Source: an uncultured Oscillospiraceae bacterium (GTDB lineage: Bacteria; Bacillota; Clostridia; Christensenellales; CAG-138). Taken from it: a DNA stretch of 54,378 bases. Positions 44,210 to 53,228 of the stretch are shown here, piece after piece (the first letter of the stretch is position 1; the number at the start of each line of letters is the position of its first letter). The position numbers were made by a program, and so were the translations under genes. The notes below the pieces were generated by a model, which worked only from the letters and a program-made list of their open reading frames with translations, had not been told where the DNA came from and searched no databases. Location of the stretch: NCBI GenBank assembly GCA_964541465.1, contig CAZIQO010000003.1, positions 1-54,378 on the forward strand. The letters are read 5' to 3'.

Positions 44210-46310
44210 ACTTTCGCGCCTGATCGCGGCGTTTGCGGACGCGGCGTTGTTTGTCTGGCTGTTTACCGAGGTTGCGTTCGAGCATTCCGCGCTCTCGCAG
44301 GCGGGCATGCTGCTGTTTGTGCTTGCGGTGATCGCGTATGCGATCCGGTCCCGGCGGGTGTTCTTCTCCTGGTGGATGGCGTGCTACGCGCTGTTGATTC
44401 TCTGGGGCGCGCTGGTTTCGTTTCACTGGGCGGCCGACCGTGCGGAATCGCTGTCCATGGTCAAAACGCTCGCGATCAACGCCGTCTTCTTCTTTTTCCT
44501 GTTTCAGTATCTTTTGCTGCGCGCGGACCCGCATCGATTCCTCGCGGCGTTCGTGCTTGCGGCCGCCGCGCTTTCGGCGTACGCGTTCGCGTGCGAATGG
44601 CCGTTTAACTGGAACGGCATGCGCCTGGGCATCGCGGCGGGCATCAACCCGAACTGGATCGGGATGCTTGCGGCGGCGGCGCTCGGCATGTGCCTGGTTC
44701 TGGCAAAGCAGAAAAGCGCGTTCTGGCTGATGTCGGCCGTTCTGCTGCTGCCCGCGGCGGTGCTCAGCAAATCCGCCAAGGCGCTCGCGCTGGCGGCGCT
44801 GCTGATCGTTGCGATCACGCTCGTGCTGTATCCGAAACGCTGGTGGCTCAAGCTCCTGCTGTTTCTGACGGCGGGCGCGGCGGCGTTTTATTTTGTAATC
44901 TTCCGCGAAAACGCGCTCAGCAACGGCCTTTTGCACCGCCTGCACGTTATGGCGCACTATCTCGTCAACGGCAGCGCAAACGCGGACTCGCTGATCGAGC
45001 GCGGGTCGCTGATGAACGCGGCGTGGGAGTGGTTTCTGAAACGCCCGCTGACCGGCTGGGGAATCGGATGCTTCCACCTGCTCGAGGGCGCGCAGGATAC
45101 GTACTCGCATTGCAACTATACCGAACTGCTCGTCTCCGGCGGTCTGCCGTTCGCGCTTCTGTATTACGGAACGGAGGCTGCGGCGCTCGTGTGCGCCGCG
45201 CGCGCGGTGCGGCGCTCGAAGAAGGCCGATCCAAACGGCGCCCGCGCGAACGAACGCGCGCTGACGGGCGCGCTGATCGTTCTGCTCGCCGCGCAGATCG
45301 TCATGGACGCCGGGATGGTCTCCTACTACGACCGCACGGCGGCGGTATACCTCGTGCTGCCGATCGCGGCGGCGCGGCTTTTGAACGCCTCTCCGGACGA
45401 CGGGACGCGATTGGTCCGCTTCCTGAAAAATCCGCGCCGGCTGTTCGTCTACCTGACGGAGCACGGCTGGTTTCGGCGCATGGACGACGAAATTTATCTG
45501 CGCCGGCTGTACCGGGCGCTGCTGGGGAAAAAGCTGCGCCTCGACCCGCCGGTTACGATGAACGAAAAGATCCAGTGGCTCAAGCTGCACGATAGAAACC
45601 CGCTGTACCCGACGCTGGTGGATAAAATCGCCGTGCGCGGGTATGTGAAGGAAAGGGCGGGCGAAGCATACTTAATCCCGCTGCTCGGCGTGTGGAACGA
45701 CCCGGACGCGATCGACGGTTTCGCTCTGCCGGAGCGGTTCGTGCTCAAGTGCTCGCATAATTCCGGCGGCGTGATCGTCTGCGCCGACAAATCGAAGTTC
45801 GATTTCGCTGCGGCGCGTCGCGCGCTGAAAGGGCAGCTTGCGCGGAACTACTGCGACGCCGGCCGCGAGTGGCCGTACCGGAACGTGCCGCGGCGCGTGC
45901 TCGCGGAGGCGTTCATCGGCGCGGGGGACGGAACGCCGCCGGACGATATCAAGTTCTTCTGCTTCGGCGGCGCGATGCGCGCCGTGGTCGTATGCACGAA
46001 CCGGCGGGGGAAGCACGCCGATTACTATTTCTTCGACCGGGATTTCCAGCCGCTGCCCGTCAACGAGGCGACCGCGAACCGGCCCGCGGGGTTTCGTATG
46101 GAGCGGCCGGCGCATTACGACGAAATGATCACGCTTGCGGAGCGGCTTTCCGCCGGCCTGCCCTTCGTGCGGGTCGATCTCTACGACACGGCGGACGGCG
46201 TGCGCTTCGGGGAACTGACGCTCTACGATCAGAGCGGGTTTGCGGACGATTACGTCGGAGACGGCGACCGCGTCATGGGCGAATTTCTGCGTCTGGAGGG
46301 AATCGAATGA
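44187..46310 (+). CDS. Fusion protein: N-terminal O-antigen-polymerase/ligase-like (Wzy-type) membrane domain plus C-terminal TupA-like ATP-grasp domain
   Basis: 707 aa. The first ~420 aa have 10-12 TM segments and a Wzy-like loop (GSLMNAAWEWFLKRPLTGWGIGCF). From about nt 45480 the sequence reads NEKIQWLKLHDRNPLYPTLVDKIAVRGYV...LKCSHNSGGV...DIKFFCFGG...VRVDLY, which is ATP-grasp of the TupA type. The track start is TTG 44187 and is uncertain. Confidence 0.8.
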   Translation: MSASQNDKLSRLIAAFADAALFVWLFTEVAFEHSALSQAGMLLFVLAVIAYAIRSRRVFFSWWMACYALLILWGALVSFHWAADRAESLSMVKTLAINAVFFFFLFQYLLLRADPHRFLAAFVLAAAALSAYAFACEWPFNWNGMRLGIAAGINPNWIGMLAAAALGMCLVLAKQKSAFWLMSAVLLLPAAVLSKSAKALALAALLIVAITLVLYPKRWWLKLLLFLTAGAAAFYFVIFRENALSNGLLHRLHVMAHYLVNGSANADSLIERGSLMNAAWEWFLKRPLTGWGIGCFHLLEGAQDTYSHCNYTELLVSGGLPFALLYYGTEAAALVCAARAVRRSKKADPNGARANERALTGALIVLLAAQIVMDAGMVSYYDRTAAVYLVLPIAAARLLNASPDDGTRLVRFLKNPRRLFVYLTEHGWFRRMDDEIYLRRLYRALLGKKLRLDPPVTMNEKIQWLKLHDRNPLYPTLVDKIAVRGYVKERAGEAYLIPLLGVWNDPDAIDGFALPERFVLKCSHNSGGVIVCADKSKFDFAAARRALKGQLARNYCDAGREWPYRNVPRRVLAEAFIGAGDGTPPDDIKFFCFGGAMRAVVVCTNRRGKHADYYFFDRDFQPLPVNEATANRPAGFRMERPAHYDEMITLAERLSAGLPFVRVDLYDTADGVRFGELTLYDQSGFADDYVGDGDRVMGEFLRLEGIE

Positions 46311-47437
46311 GTTTGTGCATCCTGATCGGCGCGGATGTCGCGCCGACCGAATCCAACCTGGCCGCGTTTCAAAGCGGCGCCGGGGCCGTGCTGTCCGACG
46401 GGCTCGCGGAGGTCTGGCGGGCGGCGGACGCGCGGCTGTTCAATCTGGAAACGCCGCTTGCGGACCGCAAAACGCCCGCGCACAAGTGCGGGCCCTGCCT
46501 GCGTTCGCCCGCCGGCTGCGCGCGGGGGATCGCCGCGCTTCGGCCGACGGCGGTGTCGCTTTGCAACAACCATATCCTCGACCACGGCGAAGCGGGGCTT
46601 TGCGCCACGGTCGAGGCGCTTGCCGGCGCGGGCGTTTCTTCGTTCGGCGCGGGGCCGAACCTCAAGGAGGCGGAAAAGCCGTTTTATTTTACACACAGCG
46701 GCGTTCGCATGGGCGTGTATGCCGTATGCGAGCACGAATTCTCCGTCGCGACGGAGCAAAGCGCGGGGGCGAACCCGCTCGACCTGCTGGAGCTTGGCGA
46801 GCGCGTGCGGGCCGCGCGCGCGGGGTGCGACCATCTGATCGCGCTCTACCATGGCGGCCGGGAGGGGTATCCGTACCCGTCGCCCGCGTTGCAGAAGGCC
46901 TGCCGGAAGATGGCGGAATGCGGCGCGTCGCTCGTGCTCTGCCAGCACAGCCACTGCGTCGGCAGCTTTGAACGATACCATGGCGCGACGATCGTCTACG
47001 GGCAGGGAAACTTCATCTTCGACGTGGACGACGGCGGCGCGTGCTTCGACACGGGCCTGCTTGTCCGGCTGGAGATCGAAGGCGGCGGCGCTGAGACGGT
47101 GGACTTTGTGCCGCTCGTGCGGGCAAGGGGCGGCGCGGCGCTGGCACACGGCGAGCGCGCCAGGGAGATCCTGGACGGTTTTTTTGCGCGTTCCGAGCGG
47201 GTGCCGGACGAGGCGTTCGTTTGCGCGAAGTATGAAGCGTACGCCGCGGAGTCGAAGGAGAAGCTTTTAAAGGTGTTTCTCAGCGGAAACCCGGCGCTGC
47301 GCACGCTCAACGTGCTGTACGGGCGGCGGCCCACGCGCGTTTACCCGAGGGAGACAAAAACCGCCATCCTGAACACGCTTTTGTGCGAATCGATCCGCGA
47401 ACTGCTGACGGAGGGTCTGTATCACGATGTTTTTTAG
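46307..47437 (+). CDS. CapA/PgsA-family (metallophosphatase-fold) protein
   Basis: 376 aa: ...FNLETPL...VSLCNNHILDHG...LYHGGRE...LCQHSHCVGSFE...YGQGNFIFD. ATG overlaps the upstream stop. Confidence 0.85.
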   Translation: MSLCILIGADVAPTESNLAAFQSGAGAVLSDGLAEVWRAADARLFNLETPLADRKTPAHKCGPCLRSPAGCARGIAALRPTAVSLCNNHILDHGEAGLCATVEALAGAGVSSFGAGPNLKEAEKPFYFTHSGVRMGVYAVCEHEFSVATEQSAGANPLDLLELGERVRAARAGCDHLIALYHGGREGYPYPSPALQKACRKMAECGASLVLCQHSHCVGSFERYHGATIVYGQGNFIFDVDDGGACFDTGLLVRLEIEGGGAETVDFVPLVRARGGAALAHGERAREILDGFFARSERVPDEAFVCAKYEAYAAESKEKLLKVFLSGNPALRTLNVLYGRRPTRVYPRETKTAILNTLLCESIRELLTEGLYHDVF

Positions 47438-48467
47438 CGTTCTTATACCCGTATACAACGCCGAGCCGTATCTGAAGGAATGCCTGGATTCGGTGTTCCG
47501 GCAGACGGAGACGGATTTTGAGCTGATTCTGGTCAACGACGGGTCCGTCGACGGCGGCGGCATGCTCTGCGACCGGTTCCGCGCGTTTCACCCGGACCGG
47601 GTGCGGGTGGCGCATCAGCCGAACAGGGGGCTGATCCTTGCGCGCAGGGAAGGCGTCGCGCTCGCCGAGGGGGACTACTGCGTGTTTCTCGACGCGGACG
47701 ACGCGCTCGAACCGGACTGCCTCGCCGTGATTCGCGAAACGATCGAGCGCACGAAGGCGGATATCGTGATCTTCAACTATTACAACCGCTACGAGCCCGA
47801 GTACACCACCGTGATGGCCGAGCCGGTATTTAAGGACAACGCCGTGTTCGAGGGCGAAGGGAAGCGCGCGCTCTACGGGGAGATGATCGCCACTTGGCGG
47901 CTCAACAACCTCTGCACGAAGGCGATCCGGACCCCGCTGATGCGCGAAGACGACACGCCCTACGAGCAGTTTGCTAGCAATCCGCACACGGAGGACCTGC
48001 TGCAGTCGCTCTATCCCATGACGCACGCAAAGCGGGTCGTCTACCGCGCCGTGCCGCTGTACCATTACCGGCGCATCGGGGCGAGCATCTCCACGCGGGT
48101 GATCCCGGGCAGGATCGACCGCCAGTTCAACGACGCGGTGATGGACCAGCTCCGCCGGTACATGACCGCCTGGGGCATGGATACGCCGGAGGAACTGGCG
48201 CGGTTCCATGCGCGCAAGCTCAACGGCCTGATCACACTGTTCTGGCAGCACTACCGCGCCGCCGCGGACGACGAACAGAAGCGCGCGGTGCTCGACTACC
48301 CGTGGGGGGAGCATATCGATACGGAGGATCGAAACTACATCGGAAGCGGCGCGCTCTCGCGCATGCGGCGCTTGCAGCTTGGCGCCATACTCGGCAGGAA
48401 AAAGCGCCTGCTGGATACGATCGAACGCCTCGGGGAGATCAGAATGAGGGCTTCGCATGGAGAATGA
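47427..48467 (+). CDS. Family-2 glycosyltransferase
   Basis: MFFSVLIPVYNAEPYLKECLDSV...ILVNDGSVDG...FLDADD. Confidence 0.88.
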   Translation: MFFSVLIPVYNAEPYLKECLDSVFRQTETDFELILVNDGSVDGGGMLCDRFRAFHPDRVRVAHQPNRGLILARREGVALAEGDYCVFLDADDALEPDCLAVIRETIERTKADIVIFNYYNRYEPEYTTVMAEPVFKDNAVFEGEGKRALYGEMIATWRLNNLCTKAIRTPLMREDDTPYEQFASNPHTEDLLQSLYPMTHAKRVVYRAVPLYHYRRIGASISTRVIPGRIDRQFNDAVMDQLRRYMTAWGMDTPEELARFHARKLNGLITLFWQHYRAAADDEQKRAVLDYPWGEHIDTEDRNYIGSGALSRMRRLQLGAILGRKKRLLDTIERLGEIRMRASHGE

Positions 48468-49431
48468 CGCGCGCATCGGAACAAACGAACCGCTGGTCTC
48501 GGTCGTCTGCGACTGCTATAATCAGGCGTCCTATATCCGCGACACGCTCGAGGGCTTTCTTTCGCAGAAAACCGACTTTCCGTTCGAGATCATCGTGCAC
48601 GACGACGCGTCGAACGACGGAACGGCCGAGATCGTGCGGGCGTACGAAAAGGTGCATCCCGCGCTGATCCACGGCGTATTCCGCACGGAGAACATCTACT
48701 CGCACGACCCCAAGATCCTCGAGCATTACGTGTTTCCGCTCGCGCGCGGCAAGTATATCGCCGTCTGCGAGGGCGACGACTACTGGACGAGCCCCGACAA
48801 GCTGCAAAGGCAGGTTTCCTATATGGAGGCGCACCCGGACTGCACGCTGTGCGTGTGCGCCGCGGATGTGGTCGACCCGCAGGGGAAGCCGATCGGCGCG
48901 GTCGCGCCGTACGCTGCGGACACCGACATCCCGCCGGAGGAACTCATCCGCGGCGGCGGCGGGTTCGTCCCGACCGCCTCGATCGTCGCACCCGCGCGGC
49001 TGGCCCAGCACCGCGCCGCGTTCTGCGACATGGCGGACGTGGACGACGCGGTGCTGCAACTCTGGTTTGGATGCAGCGGCACAACGCACTATTTTGCGGA
49101 CCGCATGTGCGCCTACCGGAAGGCCGTGCCCGGCTCGTGGACGGAAACGTTTTTCGCTTCGAAGCGGGAGGAGCGCATCCGCCACCACGAATGCATGATC
49201 CGCGCGCTCGAGGCGTTCGACGTCGAGACCGGCGGCCAATGGCGCGACGCAGTGGAGTTCTGTATTACGCACCAGCAGAAGTACGAGATCCTGCGGCTGA
49301 AAAACGACGTGGACGCGCTGCGGAAGGCGCCCTACCGGAAGCAGTATCTCTCGCTGCCGCTGCGGCGCAGGATCCGCATGCGCCTTGAACGGAAGGGCGT
49401 TTTCGGCGGGAAGGCGGGGGAAACGAAATGA
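48457..49431 (+). CDS. Family-2 glycosyltransferase (paralog A)
   Basis: PLVSVVCDCYNQASYIRDTLEGF...IVHDDASNDGT...CEGDDYWT. Confidence 0.88.
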   Translation: MENDARIGTNEPLVSVVCDCYNQASYIRDTLEGFLSQKTDFPFEIIVHDDASNDGTAEIVRAYEKVHPALIHGVFRTENIYSHDPKILEHYVFPLARGKYIAVCEGDDYWTSPDKLQRQVSYMEAHPDCTLCVCAADVVDPQGKPIGAVAPYAADTDIPPEELIRGGGGFVPTASIVAPARLAQHRAAFCDMADVDDAVLQLWFGCSGTTHYFADRMCAYRKAVPGSWTETFFASKREERIRHHECMIRALEAFDVETGGQWRDAVEFCITHQQKYEILRLKNDVDALRKAPYRKQYLSLPLRRRIRMRLERKGVFGGKAGETK

Positions 49432-50399
49432 ACGGCGAACCGCTCGTCACCGTGATCCTGCCGACGCACAACCACGCGCCGTTCATCGGGCAGGCGATCG
49501 AATCGGTCCTGGCGCAGAACGCGCCGTTCCCGTTCGAACTGCTCGTCCACGACGACGCCTCGACCGACGGCACGGCGGACATCGCGCGCGATTACGCCGC
49601 GCGCTATCCGGACCGGATCCGTTTTGTGGCGCAGACCGTCAACCGGTATCAGACGGATAAAAAGATACAGACGCACATCCTCTTTCCGATGATCCGGTCC
49701 AAATACACGGCCATCTGCGACGGGGACGATCTCTGGACGTACCCGGACAAACTCGGGCTGCAGGTCGGCTACCTCGAATCGCACCCGGACTGCACGCTCT
49801 GCATCTGCGGCGCGGACAAGATCGACGTTTCCGGCCGGATCATCGGCGCGGCCGCCCCTTATGGCGAGGACTGCGTCGTGTCGGTCGACGACATGATCCG
49901 CGCGGGGGGCGAATTCTGCTCGTCCAACGCCATCGTCGCGCCGACCGCGCTGCTCAACAGTCAGCCGGCGTTCTGCGAGTGCACGGAGGTGGAGGATATC
50001 CCCGTGCACCTGTGGTGTACGCTCAGCGGATACGCCTACTATTTTGCGAAGCATATGTGCGCCTACCGCTACGCCGTGCCCGGCTCGTGGTCCACGCGGC
50101 AGAACGCGGCGGACCGCGAAACGCAGATCGCCACCTGCAGGGGCGTGATCGGCCTGCTCAGGGGGTTCGACGAATACACAAAAGGGCGGTACCGCGCGTC
50201 TTTTGAGGACGCGATCCTGTATCAGGAATTCAAAATCAAATGCGTCGAGCACGACCTTGCCGCGCTGCGGCGCCCGCCGTACCGGACGTTCTACCGGGAG
50301 CTTCCCGCAAGGCGCAGGTTCCGGCTCCGGCTGGAAAAATGCGCGCCGGCGCTCGCCGGGCGGATGATACGGCTCATGCGAAGAATAAGGAACCGATAG
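49428..50399 (+). CDS. Family-2 glycosyltransferase (paralog B)
   Basis: PLVTVILPTHNHAPFIGQAIESV...LVHDDASTDGT...CDGDDLWT. It is collinear with paralog A along its whole length. Confidence 0.88.
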   Translation: MNGEPLVTVILPTHNHAPFIGQAIESVLAQNAPFPFELLVHDDASTDGTADIARDYAARYPDRIRFVAQTVNRYQTDKKIQTHILFPMIRSKYTAICDGDDLWTYPDKLGLQVGYLESHPDCTLCICGADKIDVSGRIIGAAAPYGEDCVVSVDDMIRAGGEFCSSNAIVAPTALLNSQPAFCECTEVEDIPVHLWCTLSGYAYYFAKHMCAYRYAVPGSWSTRQNAADRETQIATCRGVIGLLRGFDEYTKGRYRASFEDAILYQEFKIKCVEHDLAALRRPPYRTFYRELPARRRFRLRLEKCAPALAGRMIRLMRRIRNR

Positions 50400-50405
50400 G
50401 CAGTT

Positions 50406-51878
50406 ATGGACCATACGTTTCGCAATAAAACCATATCGGGTGTGATCTGGAAGGCCATGGAGAGCGGCGGCAACCAGGCCGTGCGGTTCGTGATCTCCAT
50501 CGTGCTTGCGCGCATGCTCGATCCGCAGAACTATACGACGCTCGCGCTCGTGCTCACCTTCATCAACCTCGCGGACGTGTTTGTCAAGCGCGGCTTTTCC
50601 ACCTCGATCGTACAGCGCAAGGACGCGGACAACCTGGACTTTTCGTCCGTTTTGTGGGCGAGCCTCGTCATCGCGGGTGCGCTGTACGCCATGCTGTTCT
50701 TCGCCGCGCCGTCCATCGCGGACTTCTACGAGGAACCGGTGCTGACGCCCGCGCTGCGCGTGCTCTCCGTCATTCTGTTCACGGGCGCGTTCAACTCCGT
50801 CCAGAGCGCGATCATCACGCGGAAGCTGGAATTCCGCAAGCTCTGCATGGCCACGCTGGGCGCCACGCTGGTCTCCGGCGGCGTGGGCATCTATATGGCG
50901 TACGCGGGCTACGGCGTGTGGGCGCTGGTGACGCAGCAACTGCTGGGGTCGGTCTCCACGGTGATCCTGCTCTGGTCGCTGGACCGCTGGAAGCCGGCGT
51001 TCGTGTATTCCTGGGCGCGGGTCAAGGTCCTCTTCGGCTTTGGCTGGAAGCTGCTGGTTTCGAGCCTGCTCGACACCGGGTATTCCAGCCTTTCCTCGCT
51101 CGTGATCGGCAAGCGGTACATCGGCGACGCGCTGGCGTTTTACAACCGGGGGCGGCAGTATCCCGATATGATCGCAAGCAACCTTACGAGCGTCGCGCTC
51201 TCCGTTCTGTTTCCGGCGTACGCCGCCAATCAGGACGACCGCCCGCGCGTGCGGGAAATGGTGCGCAAGACCAACCGTTCCACCGCGCTGATGGTGTTCC
51301 CGATGATGGCGGGCCTGGCAACGGTCGCGACGATCCTCATCCGCGTGCTGCTCACCGAGAAGTGGGTCCCATGCGTGCCGTATCTGAGGATGATGTGCAT
51401 CGTGTACGCGCTCTATCCCATCGAGGCGACGGACCTGCAGGCGATCAATGCGCTCGGGCGGAGCGATCTCTATCTCAAGACGGAGATCATCAAGAAGATA
51501 TTCGGCATCGGGGCGCTTGCGGCTGCGGTGTTCGCGTTTTCCACGCCGCTTGCCATCGCGGGCGCGGTGATGCTGACGGCGGTGTTCTCCATGTTCGTGA
51601 CCATGGTGGTCATGAAGCGTCTGTTCGAATACCGCTACCGGGATCAGCTCTGGGACATGACCCCGCCGCTGCTGCTTTCCGGCGTGATGGCGGGCGTGGT
51701 GCTGGCCGTGTCGCTGCTCAGCGTTCCCGACGTTGCGTCGCTGGTGCTGCAGATCGTTTCCGGTATTGCGGTCTACCTTGGAATGGCGGTATTATTAAAG
51801 TTACAGAGTTTCGACTATCTGTGGCGGTCGATGAAGGAATACGTTACGAAGAACCGCGCCGCGGGAAAGAATTCGTAA
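50406..51878 (+). CDS. wzx: Wzx-type polysaccharide flippase (MOP superfamily)
   Basis: 490 aa with 12-14 TM segments. The N-terminus ...NKTISGVIWKAMESGGNQAVRFVISIVLARML is typical of Polysacc_synt proteins. Confidence 0.85.
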   Translation: MDHTFRNKTISGVIWKAMESGGNQAVRFVISIVLARMLDPQNYTTLALVLTFINLADVFVKRGFSTSIVQRKDADNLDFSSVLWASLVIAGALYAMLFFAAPSIADFYEEPVLTPALRVLSVILFTGAFNSVQSAIITRKLEFRKLCMATLGATLVSGGVGIYMAYAGYGVWALVTQQLLGSVSTVILLWSLDRWKPAFVYSWARVKVLFGFGWKLLVSSLLDTGYSSLSSLVIGKRYIGDALAFYNRGRQYPDMIASNLTSVALSVLFPAYAANQDDRPRVREMVRKTNRSTALMVFPMMAGLATVATILIRVLLTEKWVPCVPYLRMMCIVYALYPIEATDLQAINALGRSDLYLKTEIIKKIFGIGALAAAVFAFSTPLAIAGAVMLTAVFSMFVTMVVMKRLFEYRYRDQLWDMTPPLLLSGVMAGVVLAVSLLSVPDVASLVLQIVSGIAVYLGMAVLLKLQSFDYLWRSMKEYVTKNRAAGKNS

Positions 51879-51926
51879 TTACCGGGCCCGCGCGGACGGC
51901 GCGGCCGGGAGGCGGGAGGAAACGAC

Positions 51927-53216
51927 ATGAAACTGGCGATTGCCGGCACGGGATACGTCGGCCTGGTGGCGGGCGTATGCTTTGCGGAAAAGGGGCACAG
52001 CGTCACCTGCGTCGACGTGGACGAGGAGAAGATCGCGCGCATGCGGCGCGGCGAATCGCCGATCTATGAAGAGGATCTGGAAGAACTGCTGAAGAAAAAC
52101 CTCGCCGCAGAACGGCTGTCTTTTACGACCGATTACGCGGCCGCGTACGCCGATGCGGACGCGATCTTCATCGGCGTCGGCACGCCGGAGATGCCGGACG
52201 GCAGCGCAAATCTCTCCTGCATCGCGGCGGTATGCCGGCAGATCGCCGAGAGCGTGACGCGCGACTGCCTCGTCGTGGTCAAGTCCACCGTGCCGGTCGG
52301 CACGAACGACAAGGTGGAGCAGTTCATCAAAGACACGCTGACGCGGAACGTGACGGTCCGCGTCGCGAGCAACCCGGAGTTCCTCGCACAGGGCAACGCC
52401 GTGCACGACATGATGCACGCCACGCGCATCATCATCGGCACCGACGACGAGGAAGCGGAACGAATGCTCCAAAGGATCTACGAGCCGTTCGATCTGCCGG
52501 TCGTTTCGGTGTCCCGCCGTTCGGCGGAGATGATCAAGTACGCCTGCAACGATTTTCTCGCGCTCAAGATCTCCTATATGAACGACATTGCGAACCTCTG
52601 CGAACTGGTCGGCGCGAATATCGACGACGTGGCGGAGGGCATGCGGTACGACCCGCGCATCGGCGCGAAGTTCCTGAAAGCCGGCGTGGGATACGGCGGG
52701 AGCTGCTTTCCAAAGGACACCAAGGCGCTGCGCTATCTCGCCTCCCGGCACGGGTACCGCCTGCGCACGGTGGACGCCGCGGTGGAGATCAACGCCGAGC
52801 AAAAAACGCGGCTGTTTGAAAAGGCGAAGAGCCGCTTCATCACGTTTGAAAACATGCGTGTGGCCGTGCTTGGGCTGGCGTTCAAGCCGGGCACGGACGA
52901 TCTAAGGGAAGCGCCGTCGCTCGACAACATCCGGCTTTTGACCGAGCAGGGCGCGCAGCTGGTCTGCTACGATCCCGTGGCCGGCGAAAACTTCCGCAGG
53001 CGTTTTCCCGATATTCCGCTGGCGGAGAGCGCGGAGGCGGCGCTCGACGGCGCGTTCTGCTGCTTTGTGTTCACGGAGTGGGAGGAGATCGTGCGCCTTT
53101 CGCCCGAGGTGTTCCGCGCGCGCATGCGCGTGCCGCTCGTGTACGACGGGCGCAATATCTTCGACCCGGAAACGATGAAGAACGCCGGCGTCGAGTACTA
53201 TTCGATCGGCAGATAG
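51927..53216 (+). CDS. ugd: UDP-glucose 6-dehydrogenase
   Basis: MKLAIAGTGYVGLVAGVCFAEKGH (Rossmann), ...GYGGSCFPKD (catalytic Cys motif). 429 aa. Confidence 0.92.
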   Translation: MKLAIAGTGYVGLVAGVCFAEKGHSVTCVDVDEEKIARMRRGESPIYEEDLEELLKKNLAAERLSFTTDYAAAYADADAIFIGVGTPEMPDGSANLSCIAAVCRQIAESVTRDCLVVVKSTVPVGTNDKVEQFIKDTLTRNVTVRVASNPEFLAQGNAVHDMMHATRIIIGTDDEEAERMLQRIYEPFDLPVVSVSRRSAEMIKYACNDFLALKISYMNDIANLCELVGANIDDVAEGMRYDPRIGAKFLKAGVGYGGSCFPKDTKALRYLASRHGYRLRTVDAAVEINAEQKTRLFEKAKSRFITFENMRVAVLGLAFKPGTDDLREAPSLDNIRLLTEQGAQLVCYDPVAGENFRRRFPDIPLAESAEAALDGAFCCFVFTEWEEIVRLSPEVFRARMRVPLVYDGRNIFDPETMKNAGVEYYSIGR

Positions 53217-53228
53217 GGGAAAGCGCGC

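Noticed and set aside
44136-45590. 484-aa antisense ORF opposite the Wzy::ATP-grasp gene. Similar long antisense or off-frame ORFs lie at 49332-50939, 40908-42248, 17929-19197, 15161-16192, 46250-47149, 52902-53750 and elsewhere.
   Set aside because: All are Arg/Gly/Pro/His-rich and lack motifs, and each overlaps a frame with clear family signatures. They are high-G+C shadow ORFs.
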